A stretch of DNA of 64,000 nt. Source: the human T2T-CHM13v2.0 reference genome, Homo sapiens. A program made the translations under genes and the position numbers. The notes beneath the pieces are model-generated. The model saw only the letters and a list, made by a program, of their open reading frames with translations. It ran no database searches and had not been told where the DNA came from. The stretch lies in the NCBI RefSeq assembly GCF_009914755.1, contig NC_060926.1; one strand, given 5' to 3'. Below, piece by piece: positions 51,186 to 64,000 of the stretch. Position 1 is the stretch's first letter. Each line of letters begins with the position of its first letter.

Positions 51186-51603
51186 TGTCTTGTCTGTTTT
51201 TTGTTGCTGTAACAGAATACCTGAGACTGAATAATTTTTAAAGAACAGAAGTTTATTTAGCTCATGGTTCTGCAAGCTAGAAAATATAAGGGCATGGCCC
51301 TGGCTTCTGGTGACATAACATGGCTGAGGTCAAAGAAGAATCAGACACGAGTGAAGAAATAAAACCGAAGAAGCATCCTGGCCTTTTAACAACCTGCTCT
51401 TTCCAAAACTAATTCATTTCCACAGGAACTAATCCAGTCTTGCGAGAGCCAGAACTCACTTACTCCAATATGGCACCAAGCTACTCATGAGCCATCCAGC
51501 CCCATGACCTAAACACCTCCCACTGAGGCCCACTTTCCACGCTACCACATTGGGGATCTAATTTCAACATGAGTTTTGATGGGTACAAACTCAAACCCTA
51601 ACA
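51186..51603 (-). mobile_element. MST (MSTC-like) MaLR LTR (sense to GTDC1)
   Basis: gttgctgtaacagaatacctgagactg..tttatttagctcatggttctg..ccccatgacctaaacacctcccact..atttcaacatgagtttt. Confidence 0.85.
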
Positions 51604-51792
51604 ATTGCCTTATTGACAAACTGAAGATAAAATATCTTACAGCGTCTTCTGGTTTCAGAATTAATGACTATTTTACAGCTTATTATTTATACATGATGAT
51701 ACCAGACAGAGTCCTTTATTTAACGGTAACAACAAAAACTGAAGGCACAGAAAATGACAGGCATATTACACTGAATTCTGGGATGATGATGA

Positions 51793-52206
51793 TGTAGTGG
51801 GTTGAAATGTATCCCCCAAAAAGATACATGCAAGTCCTAACCCATAGTACCTGTGAATGTGACCCCATTCAAAATGTCTGTGCTGATTTAATCAAATTTA
51901 GATGAGGTCATGCTAGATTAGTGTGGGCCCTAAATCCAATGATGTTTTTCCTTATAAAAAAGGACACACACACACAGAGGAAGGTCATGTGACAACAGAG
52001 GTAGAGACTGGAGTGATGCAGCTTACAAGCCAAAAAGAATGTCAAGGATTTGGAGGAGCCACAAGAAGCCAGAAAGAGGCAAGGAAGGATTCATCCCTAG
52101 AGCCTCAGAGGGAGTGTGGCCCTGCTGGCCCTGATATTGGACTTCTGGCCTCAGAACTGTGAGAGAATAAATTCTGGTGTTACAGCACCCTTAGGAAACT
52201 AATACA
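51793..52206 (+). mobile_element. MLT1B/C-like MaLR LTR
   Basis: tgtagtgggttgaa..ccccaaaaagata..acctgtgaatgtgacc..gacttctggcctcagaactgtgagagaataaatt..ggaaactaataca; TSD gatga/gatgg. Confidence 0.88.
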
Positions 52207-52545
52207 GATGGTCAAATCAGTGCAAGAAGAGATAGCCAGGCAAATAAAAAAATTATTAGAAGAACTCCAAGAAATATGTTCTCTTAGTGAAACTAAAAGA
52301 CAAGTAGCACCAATTTTTTTTTTTAATTTAAGCTTTCACAACATTGAAAAGTAGTGCCTTTGAACGGGATAAAACACAGACTACATCTTAACCATCTACC
52401 ACTAATTTCCCCTTTGAAAATAGAGAAACCAACTGACTTTTGAACATATCAGTTTCTTTTCCTAAAAAGTGAGATTTAACAAACTAATCAGCCATGCAAG
52501 AGTGCAAAGAAAATTAATGACATTATGCTGAGTCCTTTTGCAATC

Positions 52546-52622
52546 GGATGGATGGATGGATGGATGGATGGATGGATGGATGGATGGACTGATGGAAGGA
52601 TGGATGGATGGATGGGTGATGG
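52546..52622. repeat. (GGAT)n tetranucleotide microsatellite
   Basis: Directly visible, about 10 perfect units then degenerate. Confidence 0.95.
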
Positions 52623-53206
52623 ACATTTTAGTGATAGGTAAGGCATGGATAGGGATTGAGAATTATAAAACTTTCTGACACTTCAAAAAAATAATTATAT
52701 CTTGTCTCTGTCGCACCTAGAGACCAAAGCATGATCAACTATCTCAAAAATAAATTTCATCTGAATATTTAAATCCCTCAAATAATGAGAAAAATAAGTA
52801 TAAAATAGTAGCATTCTTTTAAAAATATTTTTAGCTCTGATTAAAAAATAATGAAAATTACTAATATAAAACAACAATCTGTCCAATTAGTGTTTTCTTT
52901 AATTAGCAAGAACATTTAACCTCTTCAATAAGCTTCTATGTGGACAAAATGTTTCATACTACTATAATTATCCCTTCAAAGTAGCAAAACAAGAGGAAAG
53001 GAAATAGCCGGCAAGTAAAACAAAACAAACAGAATTATTAGTTATATTTATACTTACAATCTACAACTGGTGAAGGTAAAATGAAACAGATAATACTATT
53101 ATTTGTACTAGGCCCAGACTGTACACTTTAGACAATATTCTCAACCTTGGATGCACATTAGAAAGACCTGCAGGGTACATATATGTGTGTATGCATACAT
53201 ATATGC

Positions 53207-53323
53207 ATTTTGAGACAAGGTCTGGATATGTTGCCCAGGCTGGTCTAGACTCCTGAGCTCAAGCAATCCCCTAGTCTGAGCCTCCCAAGTAACTGGGATT
53301 ACAAGTGTGCACCACTGTGCCCC
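53207..53323 (-). mobile_element. Alu monomer (FLAM-like) within a MER5-like fragment
   Basis: ttttgagacaaggtct..atgttgcccaggctggtctagactcctgagctcaagcaatcc..ctgggattacaagtgtgcaccactgtgccc. Confidence 0.85.
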
Positions 53324-53546
53324 ACTTATGCAGAGTATTTAAATATAAATACTGATGCCCAAGGCCCTCCTGCAGGGCAGGGCTATCCCCTAAGGCAGTA
53401 CACAGGGTTTGCTCTGTGCCATTCAGTGGCCACCATTCACTCAATACAGTGCAATCTGTAAGATGGAAGAATAACAACTAAGTGACTACAGAGCATTAAA
53501 GATATTGAGCCACTAAAAGAACACTGATTAATAATTTCTCAAATAA

Positions 53547-53983
<437 letters not shown>

Positions 53984-53999
53984 TAATAGGGTCTTATTA

Positions 54000-54322
54000 T
54001 TCATTTAGTATTTTATAGTAAATGTATTTTAACATTGGATATACTTCATAACATTAAGGAATTACTTGGGGTTTTATCAGGGTGGTAATGATATTACAAT
54101 TATGTTTTATTTTTAAAGAAATTTTATCTTTTATTGGTATTCAATATAATATATAGAGCCATGAATGGAATGTCTAGAATTTGCTTCAATCTAATCTGGG
54201 GTGGAAAACAACTAGGCAGAGTTCTGATAAATCAAGATTGGCTATTTATTTACACTTGTTAAAAGGTAAAAAGGTTCATTATCTGTTCCCTCTATTTTGT
54301 ATATGGTTAAAGTTTCCCATAA
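54000..54322 (+). mobile_element. Old L1 (L1ME-like) 3' end
   Basis: gataacattaaggaatta-like start..tgtctagaatttgcttcaa..caagattggc..gttcattat..tattttgtatatggttaaagtttcccataat. Confidence 0.65.
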
Positions 54323-55639
54323 TGTCCTTGCTCACTCGTTCAAATCACAACAGGAAACTTGATGTACCTCCAATAAGCAAGTTATATTAACCAGAAAATA
54401 AAAAAATATACTTACAATGGATAGGACTATCCTGAGGAAAGGACCAGGTAGTCATGCTTTAACTATGTGAATAAGAATTTATTTATTAGAAAAATAACTG
54501 GCTGTCACTGAAATCTTTTGATAACTGAATCAAGGTGATATCTAAAATGCTTTTACTCATGAAAATTGCTGGGAGATGGCTGAAGCAAAGGAAACCAAGT
54601 GCCTTTTATAACATATCAAACAACAACAAAAAAGGGGACTTTATCTTAGCTGGGATTATACAATAAGTCTCTAATAATCACTGATGCCTAAATAACAATT
54701 CGGTAAAATCGATATCATTTCCAAGAAATATTCAATGATAAAAGCAAAATTTTTAATGATGTAGAAGGAGTATAGTAAAAATCTAAGTTACAAAGGAAGA
54801 CTTAGGAGGGTATGATTCTAAGGGATGGTGGAAAACCTTCAAAAGCGCTACAAAGGTCAAGCAATACAACCTGAAAAGAAACTGTGATACACTGTTCCTA
54901 CAAAGCAGACCATGTAAATTTGCATCATTGGCAAGTCAACAGCTAGACCCCCATTATAAAACCACTATGTTCCTCCACTGTCCTCTTTTCACATCAAAAT
55001 CCTTACATTTCCAGAAAGGCACTGAGTTTTAACACTGCATAGAAAGTTTGTGTCTAATGAAACCATTTTTCCTGCTGCATTTATATTCCTCAAACCAGAG
55101 CTTCTCTGCCAATGAACTAACAAATGGTAACAGTTTTATGCATATTGCCACTGTGTCATGGAAAAAGAGAAGTCTCAGCACTCTGTCTTGTAGATCCTAT
55201 TTGTCACTTTAAATTCTACCTAATGTGCTTTAAATTCATTATATCTATCTTTTGCTGCTTGAAAAAGAATCCAAACGAGAAAAGTGAAAACCACCAATAG
55301 CCACCTTATTCTCTGTACTGAACAGGTAACTAATTATACAACAAGAAAAAAGTATTTCTACTAAAATAAAGCATACTATTTGTGCAAGCATTTTAAAAAG
55401 TATTAAGCCATTACTATATGCGGGCAGGGTTGTGCAATGTGCAGAACAAGGAAGAAAGAAAAGGAAAATAGAAAGTAGAATCTTGCAAAGCAATTGCTGA
55501 ATAATGGAGTATTAGAAAATCGCCTATCATTGTTTTCCTATTTAGGTCTTATCTGGATATAAACACAATTAGAATACTGGATACAGCAAAAGAATACATT
55601 ATAAATTTTGATTGATATTTCTTAGTATAATCATTATTT

Positions 55640-55735
55640 ATTCATTCATCCAACAAATATTTACTGAACACTAAGAATTAGACCCTGAGAATGGTGGTAA
55701 GAAAGACAAAGTCTCTGCCCTCACGGAACTTAGAT
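55640..55735 (-). mobile_element. L2 3' end
   Basis: attcattcatccaacaaatatttactgaacact..agacaaagtctctgccctcacggaactta. Confidence 0.8.
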
Positions 55736-56149
55736 ATAATAAAATATTTCTGAGGCAAATCTATGATGATCTTTGCTTATAAAAGTTCAAGAAAAGGGCA
55801 GTATTAAATATAAAATACCAAAATAACCCTAAAGTATACTTTGTATATTTGCTTTTGAATTTCAATTGCTCAAGAATCCATAAGTTAATTATCTAATACT
55901 TTATAACTTTCTCTTTTCCTCTACTGACTGACCACTCCTCTACCACAACTAATATTGTACAAAAATAATAGAATACTGTTTTGCAATGACAAACGTAAAA
56001 ACATTATTAACAGCTATTCAAAACTGTTTGCTAGTGAGCTTCTCTGGTAAAATACTTGAAGTAAAGGGTGAAAGAAATGAATGAAAAGATTTAGAAATAT
56101 TTTGGAGGAGATAGGGTTGTGAAAAGTTAGAGGTGTTTATCTTAACTCC

Positions 56150-56446
<297 letters not shown>

Positions 56447-57434
56447 TAGTTTAACTCTTTAACCAGTTATAAGAAAGAGTTAAATAGACTGTCAAAAAAG
56501 TAGGGAGGTCCAATGAGCAGGTTAGGTATCACCTGCTGCAACAAGTTGGTCAAATATATTTCTCCATCTCTCCTGCAGCATATTTACCTTCAGTCTCAAG
56601 TAGCAAAAGTAAAAATGTGTTCCAAGACTTTTGAAAGAAATAAAAAGGAAAATTTATTTCTATAGGAAAAAAATGCAAAACTAATTTACATAAGATCTCT
56701 TTGTAAGTTTTACCTACTAAGACAATGCTTTCAGCATATTTGTAAGTTTCAAAGATATGTTCAAGCTAGATAATTTGCACTAATGGATGACCAGTGACAC
56801 AGCTGACCTGAAATGACCAATTACTATTCGATTCACAATTTCTCTTGTGAACAAGAAACGTTTATTATGTTTACTAAAGCCGGTATCAATTTGAAGAATG
56901 TACATTAGAACATTTATTTTCATTTATCTAATTTTTTTTGGCAGCTATGATGTTCAGCTGTTATTCTTTTATTAAAATTAATGTGAGAAATATCATCATG
57001 TGCAGACATTCACATAATTCTTTTCCTTGGGGCTTAAGCAAAGAGATGATGTATAAATGTGAAATAACTACTTTGTATTAGAAAGTCAGTCTCATTCCAC
57101 CACAGGTATGAAATATTGCTTTTCCTTAAAAAGGCTACAGACATCATCAAACCTTCAGATATGAGACAACTATACACCTTTTATTTCTTTAAGAATTCTT
57201 CAGTGTTTACTAGATAAGAGAGCAATTCAACCACTTTCCATATTATCTTTTTCATACTGATAATTCTTACAGACATTTCTGAATCAAGTACCTAGTAGCA
57301 AAGTGTCTTATAAAATAGGAGGCATTAGATAAATGTTAACTGAAGAAAATGAATTATTCTTAATTTATTTTTCTAATTACAAAAACATAAAATGACATAA
57401 AATGACCCCTATTTTAATCCATTACTACACCTAT

Positions 57435-57575
57435 TATATATACATTACATTATATATTATGTTATATATAATATATATTATGTATATATAATGCATATAT
57501 ATGTTATGTATATATTATGTTATATATACACATAATATATATTACGTGTGTGTGTGTGTGTGTATGTGTGTGTGT
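57435..57575. repeat. TA-rich low-complexity tract followed by (TG)n
   Basis: Directly visible; abuts the AluJ tail. Confidence 0.9.
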
Positions 57576-57577
57576 AA

Positions 57578-57865
57578 AGAGAGAAGGTCTCGCTCTGTCA
57601 CCTAGGCTGGAGTGCAATGACAGGATCGTAGCTCATTATAACCTCAAATTCCTGGGCTCAAGTGATCGTCCCACCACAGCCTCCCAAGTAACTGGAACTA
57701 CAGGTGCACACCACAACACCTGGCTAATAATTTTTTTAAATTTTTTTGTAACAACAGAGTCTTGCTATGTTGCCAAGAAAGGTCTCAAACTCCTGGCCTC
57801 AAGCAATCCTTCTGCCTCAGCCTCCCAAAACACTGTTATTAGAGACATGAGCTACTGTGCCCAGC
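57578..57865 (-). mobile_element. AluJ-type SINE
   Basis: ggtctcgctctgtcacctaggctggagtgcaatg..cctgggctcaagtgatc..ctcctggcctcaagcaatcc. Confidence 0.93.
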
Positions 57866-58259
57866 ACCCCCAAATATTTGATTGCTGATATTTAGCTACA
57901 ATTCAAAATTGATACCAGAACTGAAATAGTTAAAAGAGAGAATAAAAATCTGCAAATAATATTCCCTCTATTATTTCTTCCCGCTCTATCACTGTGCCTA
58001 TCAAACCACCTATATCTGAGGAATAAAAGAAGTACATTATGGTTTCGGGCCAAACACTCTTTAAGCACTACGTTTTTTAAAAAGTATTAATTCTATGTCA
58101 TCTCTCCTACTCACATTTTAAAATAAACAGAGACTAGAGATTAAATAATTTTTTTAAAAAAATTCAGAGCAAATCAGTCACTTAGGGGAACAGTACAAAT
58201 TCTAACTAAAACATTTCCAACTTTAAAACATTATTTAATCCAGTTTACAAAATACTCCT

Positions 58260-58440
58260 GGAAGATTATTATCTCATTTGATCCTCACAAATCTTGAAGA
58301 TAAAAGGGAAGAGTATTATTTTTATTTTCACCATTTAGCAGATGAAGATACAGAATGACAGTGATTTGTACTTTTAAAGGTGAGTGGCTGAATTGGGCTT
58401 GCATTTAGCTCCCCTGACTTCTAGTCCAAGGCCCTTTCCT
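58260..58440 (-). mobile_element. MIR
   Basis: attatctcatttgatcctcacaa..ccatttagcagatgaagatacaga..ctgacttctagtcca. Confidence 0.72.
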
Positions 58441-58615
58441 CGTCCCTCTGGGCTCCTATGTAATAAAATGCCTAATAGGTACAAGAGAGAACATCAAAAA
58501 CCATCATATGTTCCTAGGAATGCCCAAACATTGAAGAAATTCACACTGCGTGGGCTAATATTTGTAAGTTGGGATTAGTCAGTACATATGTGCCTAATTT
58601 GTGGTTTGGAGTTGT

Positions 58616-58680
58616 GAACAAATACATCAGTCGGTAAGACAAAATAAGAACAAATACATTAGTCGGTAAGACAAAATAAG
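58616..58680. repeat. 32-bp tandem duplication (31/32 identical)
   Basis: gaacaaatacatcagtcggtaagacaaaataa / gaacaaatacattagtcggtaagacaaaataa. Confidence 0.95.
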
Positions 58681-60252
58681 TGAGAGAACAATTAACAATC
58701 AATGTCTATGAAAAACGGAAGGCATTCTTGGTTAGATGTGCTTATTAGCTAAAAGAGGATTATATGGCAAATTTAAAAATAAAACAGAAATGTAGATAAA
58801 TGTTGATGAGTACAAACTGAATATCCAAAATTGCAAATATGGAAATACTGATTCAGATGGCACCATTTCATTATACTCTATTAGAAGAAAGACTTCAGGT
58901 GACTCATAGATAAATCTGGAGTGAAGGGATTTCCCCACCACTACCCCTCCACATTTTAAAAAGTAAAACTAAAGTACCAAACAAAACCAGGTTGCAACAT
59001 AATATTTCAGATTTTTCTACCAGCTTTCTAAAATATAAGGCATATCAAAAGTTTGTAACTATTCATGCCCCATCTAAAGCCTAAATATTTAAACAAGTAA
59101 AAAAAGGTATTACCTTTTTTCCTGTAAAACAGGTGATAATAGAACATAAATATCCTGAATTCTCCCAAGTTTTGACATCATCAACATCTGAAGGTTTATC
59201 ATCAAAACTCACAATATCTAGTAGAAACCCTAGAACACAATAGCTGAGAAGCATTGATAATGCAAATTCCTTCGTTTCTGGAACAGGAGAAGGCTGAAAG
59301 ATGTCACAGCAAAAAAGAAACTCCTGTTCATCAAAACTGTATTTTTTAATAATTCTAAGAGGCTGGTACTCACCACAACTCCTCTCAGATTTAGACATCT
59401 AATTAGGACCTGCATTTTTAATACTCATTAATAGATGTAAAACATATGCATGCTGAACATATTAAAGAACAAAAGTTTCTGGGAGCTTTTTTCCATGGAA
59501 AAAATAAAGAAAACTCAACTGTGTTCAAGTAGATCACTACCATCTGCCAGCATTTTATCTAAAATAAAACTGATTGAAAGAAGACAAATATTAAGTTCAT
59601 GTTTCCAAAAGCCTGAAGGTTTCTCAGGCAGTTCAATTCTAAAACTGCCACTGTTTCTATGTCTTATGTGTATGTGTACGTATGTGCATTTTCCTTTTTC
59701 TACTCCTAGTTCTAAATACCAAAATCAAAGAAATGGTTACTTTCGTAAAGTCTACTGACATATTAAACAGGATTCAAATTTCAGAGCAAATAAGACCTCA
59801 ATTCTTAACCTCTGCTTCTCTTTCAAAAAAGACTGCAAATAAAATATGAATGTCATTAAATATCTTTGAAGACTTGGAAAAATAATAATATTGCTACTAA
59901 AATAACTGCATAATCCTAAAATCACTCTTTATAAACTTAAAAGTTATCATCTCTTCATTCCCATCAATTATAATAAAATAGTAAGTCAAGGATTCTTAAA
60001 TCTTTGCAGTAATGGCATTGAGCTATTGCTTGGTTTCCTAGCAGTGATCCTCTTACAAAATAGTATAGAAAAATACTTTTCATTAAAAGTGAGTTCATTT
60101 TTTCTGTTTTAAAAAATTAAAAATTCCCTTTGAAAATCCTGAGGCTTTTTCTAATACTAAGCAATGATACAAAATGAAAGCTAAGAATCATTACATTTGA
60201 ATGAGAAACTCCATAATACAATTGTCACATGTGCACGTGCATGCACACATAG

Positions 60253-60253
<1 letters not shown>

Positions 60254-60290
<37 letters not shown>
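60254..60290. repeat. (CA)n microsatellite
   Basis: About 18 perfect units. Confidence 0.97.
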
Positions 60291-60292
<2 letters not shown>

Positions 60293-60997
60293 AATATATA
60301 TATAATATATGCTTTGAATTATATTGGCTTTTATGAAAATATTTCTCATTGTATTTAAATTTACGATAAAGGAAAAAATAATGACAAAAACTAATTCACA
60401 TTCTTATCTACTTTAATTTTATAAAAATCTTGGAACCACCAAAACAGTCTGAATACAAATAAATATCTGTATCAATACTGGATATACAGAGAAACTATGA
60501 GCTAAAATCCCCCCATGCCCTACATTTTAGATCCCTACTATAGTGAAAGATAGGTTACCAAGTATGGGAAATTTTCTTAGAAACATATTAGTAAATGACC
60601 CTTTCAGAATGCTGACTCAAGTGAACATTGTTCAAATGGTACCAAAGTCAACAAACAAAAAAACCTCGAAACTATATTCAAAAGAAGACATTTACTTCCT
60701 AAAGCATATTGCCTTATTCACCTTTATATCATTTGTGCCTAGCACGTAATGAGTGTTCATCAAATGTATGCCTGCTATTCCAGATCACTGAGGAGGAAAC
60801 TGGCTTTTCTGAACTATATATCAAGTATAGTGACGAGCAGAAACTTTACTCATTCATTTTCACTCTGAGATCTAGCATAATACATGAACTCTACAGATGC
60901 ACTTAATACTTTACTTTTTGGCAGGGGGGATAGTGATAAGTTTGACAAGTTAATGCCAAATAATGGATCACTTATTGATTGTGTGTATTTATATATA

Positions 60998-61333
60998 CAG
61001 TCATACATTGCTTGATGATGATACCTTCTGAGAAAGGTGCCATTAGGCAATTTTCTTATTGTGTGAGCATCACAGAGTGTACTTACCCAAATCTAGACAG
61101 TATAGCCTACTACACCCCCATGCTATATTTGCATAGCCTATTGCTCCTAGGTTACAAATCTGTACAGCATGTTACTGTATTTAATATCGTAGGCAACTAT
61201 AACACAATGGTATTTGTGTATCTAAGCACAGAAAAGGTAAATTCTGTAGTAAAAACAGGCAATTATAATCTTATGGGACCACCATTGCACATGCAATCTA
61301 TCGTTGACCAAAATGTTATGTGGCACATGACTG
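60998..61333 (+). mobile_element. Tigger3a (MER7/Golem-type) DNA transposon
   Basis: TA|cagtcat..ttctgagaaa..agagtgtacttac..tagcctattgctcctagg..ataatcttatgggaccacc..catgactg|TA; inverted termini. Confidence 0.9.
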
Positions 61334-61339
61334 TATATT

Positions 61340-61378
<39 letters not shown>

Positions 61379-61412
61379 GTAGATATATGTATGTGTGTAT
61401 ATGTATATATGT
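61340..61412. repeat. (TG)n(TA)n compound microsatellite
   Basis: Directly visible. Confidence 0.93.
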
Positions 61413-61987
61413 AATTGTATTTAAGTGGAAGAAAGCAGTATTACATTAGATTTTTAAAGAAAAATTTTAGAACATTTACGTGCATGGAGTAACTTAAAAT
61501 GCTGCCAAAACAAACTTACTGAGCCAATGTAATGAGTAAATATGAAAAATTTATTATTAGCATTATCTAGTTTTTAAAATAATTATAACCACTAAAGTAG
61601 TTTAATTGTGACCTCTGTAATTTTGACTAAATTAATTTATATCCCAAATCCTTTTCACATAGATAGGACAAAGTTAAATTTCAGTTCCGTTCCAGACAAA
61701 TTTCTTAACTAGTAAAAAGCAAATAACACAACTTTCATCCATATTGCTAGTTCCTTTCCTGCCTTCCATTCCTACTATTAATGTTCTCATTTAGAATCTC
61801 ACTATTTTTCTATTAGATATTTAGAATCCAATGATCATCTCCTATACTCATCAATAGTCTCCATCCAATACTGCTGTAATAATCATCCTATCCAGTTTTC
61901 CTTGCCTCACTCTCATGTTCTATTATAGCACTCGTTGGTGTTTTTGTCTGAAAAAGCATCATTTCCCCTTATTTAAATCCCAGCAAT

Positions 61988-62275
61988 GGGTCACACACAG
62001 TGGCTCATGCCTGTAATTCCTGAACTTCAGGAGGCCAAGGTGGGAGGATAACTTGAGGCTAAGAGTTCAAGGCCAATCTGGGCAACACAGCAAGACACTG
62101 TCTCTGCAAAATAAAACTAAAAAGTATCTGGGCATGGTTGCACACACCTGTACTAGCTAGTACGGGAGGCTGAGGTGGGAGGATCATTTGAGCTGAGGAG
62201 TTCAAGACTGCAGTGAGCTATGACTGTACTACTATACTCCAATAGAGCAAGACTTTGTTTAAAAAAAAAAAACAA
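61988..62275 (+). mobile_element. AluJ-type SINE inserted in L2 remnants
   Basis: cagtggctcatgcctgtaat..ggaggccaaggtgggagga..gagttcaagactgcagtgagctatga; TSD aaatcccagcaatg / aaataccagcaatg. Confidence 0.93.
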
Positions 62276-62299
62276 AATACCAGCAATGTAATGTAATTT

Positions 62300-62760
62300 T
62301 CCTTTTGCTCTCTTGTACTCAATTCACGTGGTTTGAATGGGGTTGACTCCACTTCCTGATTCCAAAGTGATGATGTAATATAGGCCTTGCCAAACATGAT
62401 ATCAGATGCCTTTTGCTTCATTAACAAGTCCAAAGGCCACATGATACAAAAAGGTACAGTTGGTTCATCTCAAGACTTTGTTAGAGCTTCTGAAAAAAGA
62501 GGTACTCGCAGATAATGCAACTAAGCTGGTGGAATATAAGCTTAGCTCTGGGAGTGATCCATATGGTAAGAGCCTGTTCCAGCATACAGCCAAAACACAG
62601 GAAAGAAGAGTCAAGGACGCAGGAGAACAAATGACATCTCGGGATCCAGCTTGCCAATAGCCAACCACCCTAAAACTTTCAGTTACACGACTCAATTACA
62701 TTTGCTTTCATGTTTATGTGATTTTGAATTGAGTTTGTATCGCACAAAAGAGTCCAGAGC
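62300..62760 (+). mobile_element. Old ERVL LTR (LTR16/LTR33-like)
   Basis: ggggttgactccac..cagccaaaacacaggaaagaagagtc..gatccagcttgcc..actttcagttacac..gaattgagttt..aaaagagtcc. Confidence 0.6.
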
Positions 62761-63093
62761 AACAGAGCTTTCCAATGCTGCCCATCACCTATAGTAAAAG
62801 CTCTACAAATTCTTAATCTTGAATTTAAGAATGCATATGAACTAGAAAAAAATTTGTCTGTCACTCAACCTGATCTCCCATAACTCCTCCTAACTCAGAA
62901 TATGTTCATGCTAAACTAAGCTTTTAAAGTTTCCAAACATTTCTCTATTTTTCCTGTGAACTTTTGTTCACAATACTTCCTTTTCCTACAGTGCTCTTCC
63001 ATTTCATCTCTATTTACCAAAATCTTTAACATCCCCTTAGATCTATGTCAGAATTTGCTAAGCAAGAATTAAACCCACTTCTCTGTACTGTAC

Positions 63094-63392
<299 letters not shown>

Positions 63393-64000
63393 TTCTACTG
63401 AACTTCTTTAGTGAATACTGCCCTCCTGTAGAACTGAGTATTCTGTGTGAGTTCTACAGTAATATCATGAGTATATAGTATACATACATGTCCTATGTCC
63501 CATGTCCTGTAGAGAGAGATAGCTAACATGACAGTCAAATGCCTTCTCTTTGAAAAGGCAAATAATCATGAAGGGCTGAGGCTGAAAAAGGAAATCTGAA
63601 CAAATAAGAAGTCATATTAGAGTGACTCTGAAGATAGAAGCACTGTTAACACTTATTCCCCAAAAATCTCTAGCTCTAAAAATTAAAGTTGAATATATAT
63701 ATATTTTAATTCAAGGAGATGTACAAATAAGCCTAGGAAAAAGTTAAGTTAAATGAAGCAGTGAATGAGCTGACAAAGTTGAATGAGAGACATGACAAAT
63801 TCCTTAAATCTTGATCTTGATGTTAATTCTTTGTTCATGACATCATAAAACTTAGGAACAGATAAATCATAAACCTTCAGTTACAAATGAAAAAAATAAT
63901 ATTACATACTCAAAAGTTAATACTAATACTCCAAAGTGATTTTTTTCAGGCCAAATAATTAATGGCAGAGCTGAGATTAAAACCCAGGACTGCTGATTCT

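Noticed and set aside
60979-61449. Longest ORF in the track (156 aa)
   Set aside because: Spans a non-autonomous Tigger3a plus (TG)n(TA)n; not transposase-like; chance open frame.

Overview
AT-rich, Alu-containing primate (very likely human) genomic DNA lying wholly inside the minus-strand gene GTDC1 (QTMAN, the queuosine-tRNA mannosyltransferase), which I recognise from its protein sequence. Two internal coding exons are supported: 9618-9785 (168 nt) and 5928-6101 (174 nt). Both have canonical AG/GT sites, are phase 2/2, and splice in frame (..[45 protein letters not shown]..). The rest is intron, including over 54 kb upstream (9786 to the window end), filled with Alu, MIR, L2, old L1, MaLR/ERVL LTRs, MER/Tigger DNA transposons and microsatellites. 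The other ORFs in the track are best explained as repeat-derived or chance. I found no convincing new biological system. The best leads are non-coding: a dense MEIS/E-box/GATA motif cluster (~1200-1600), a non-repeat CpG/octamer micro-island (~47900-48060), an E-box/AP-1/RFX island with an antisense splice donor (~26700-26900), a GGGGA/AAAAGG/AAAGG tract grown inside an Alu tail, a stop-free 342-nt potential exon circle, sense LTR poly(A) signals and a candidate Alu poison exon. Repeat subfamily names come from recalled consensus sequences and many boundaries are approximate.
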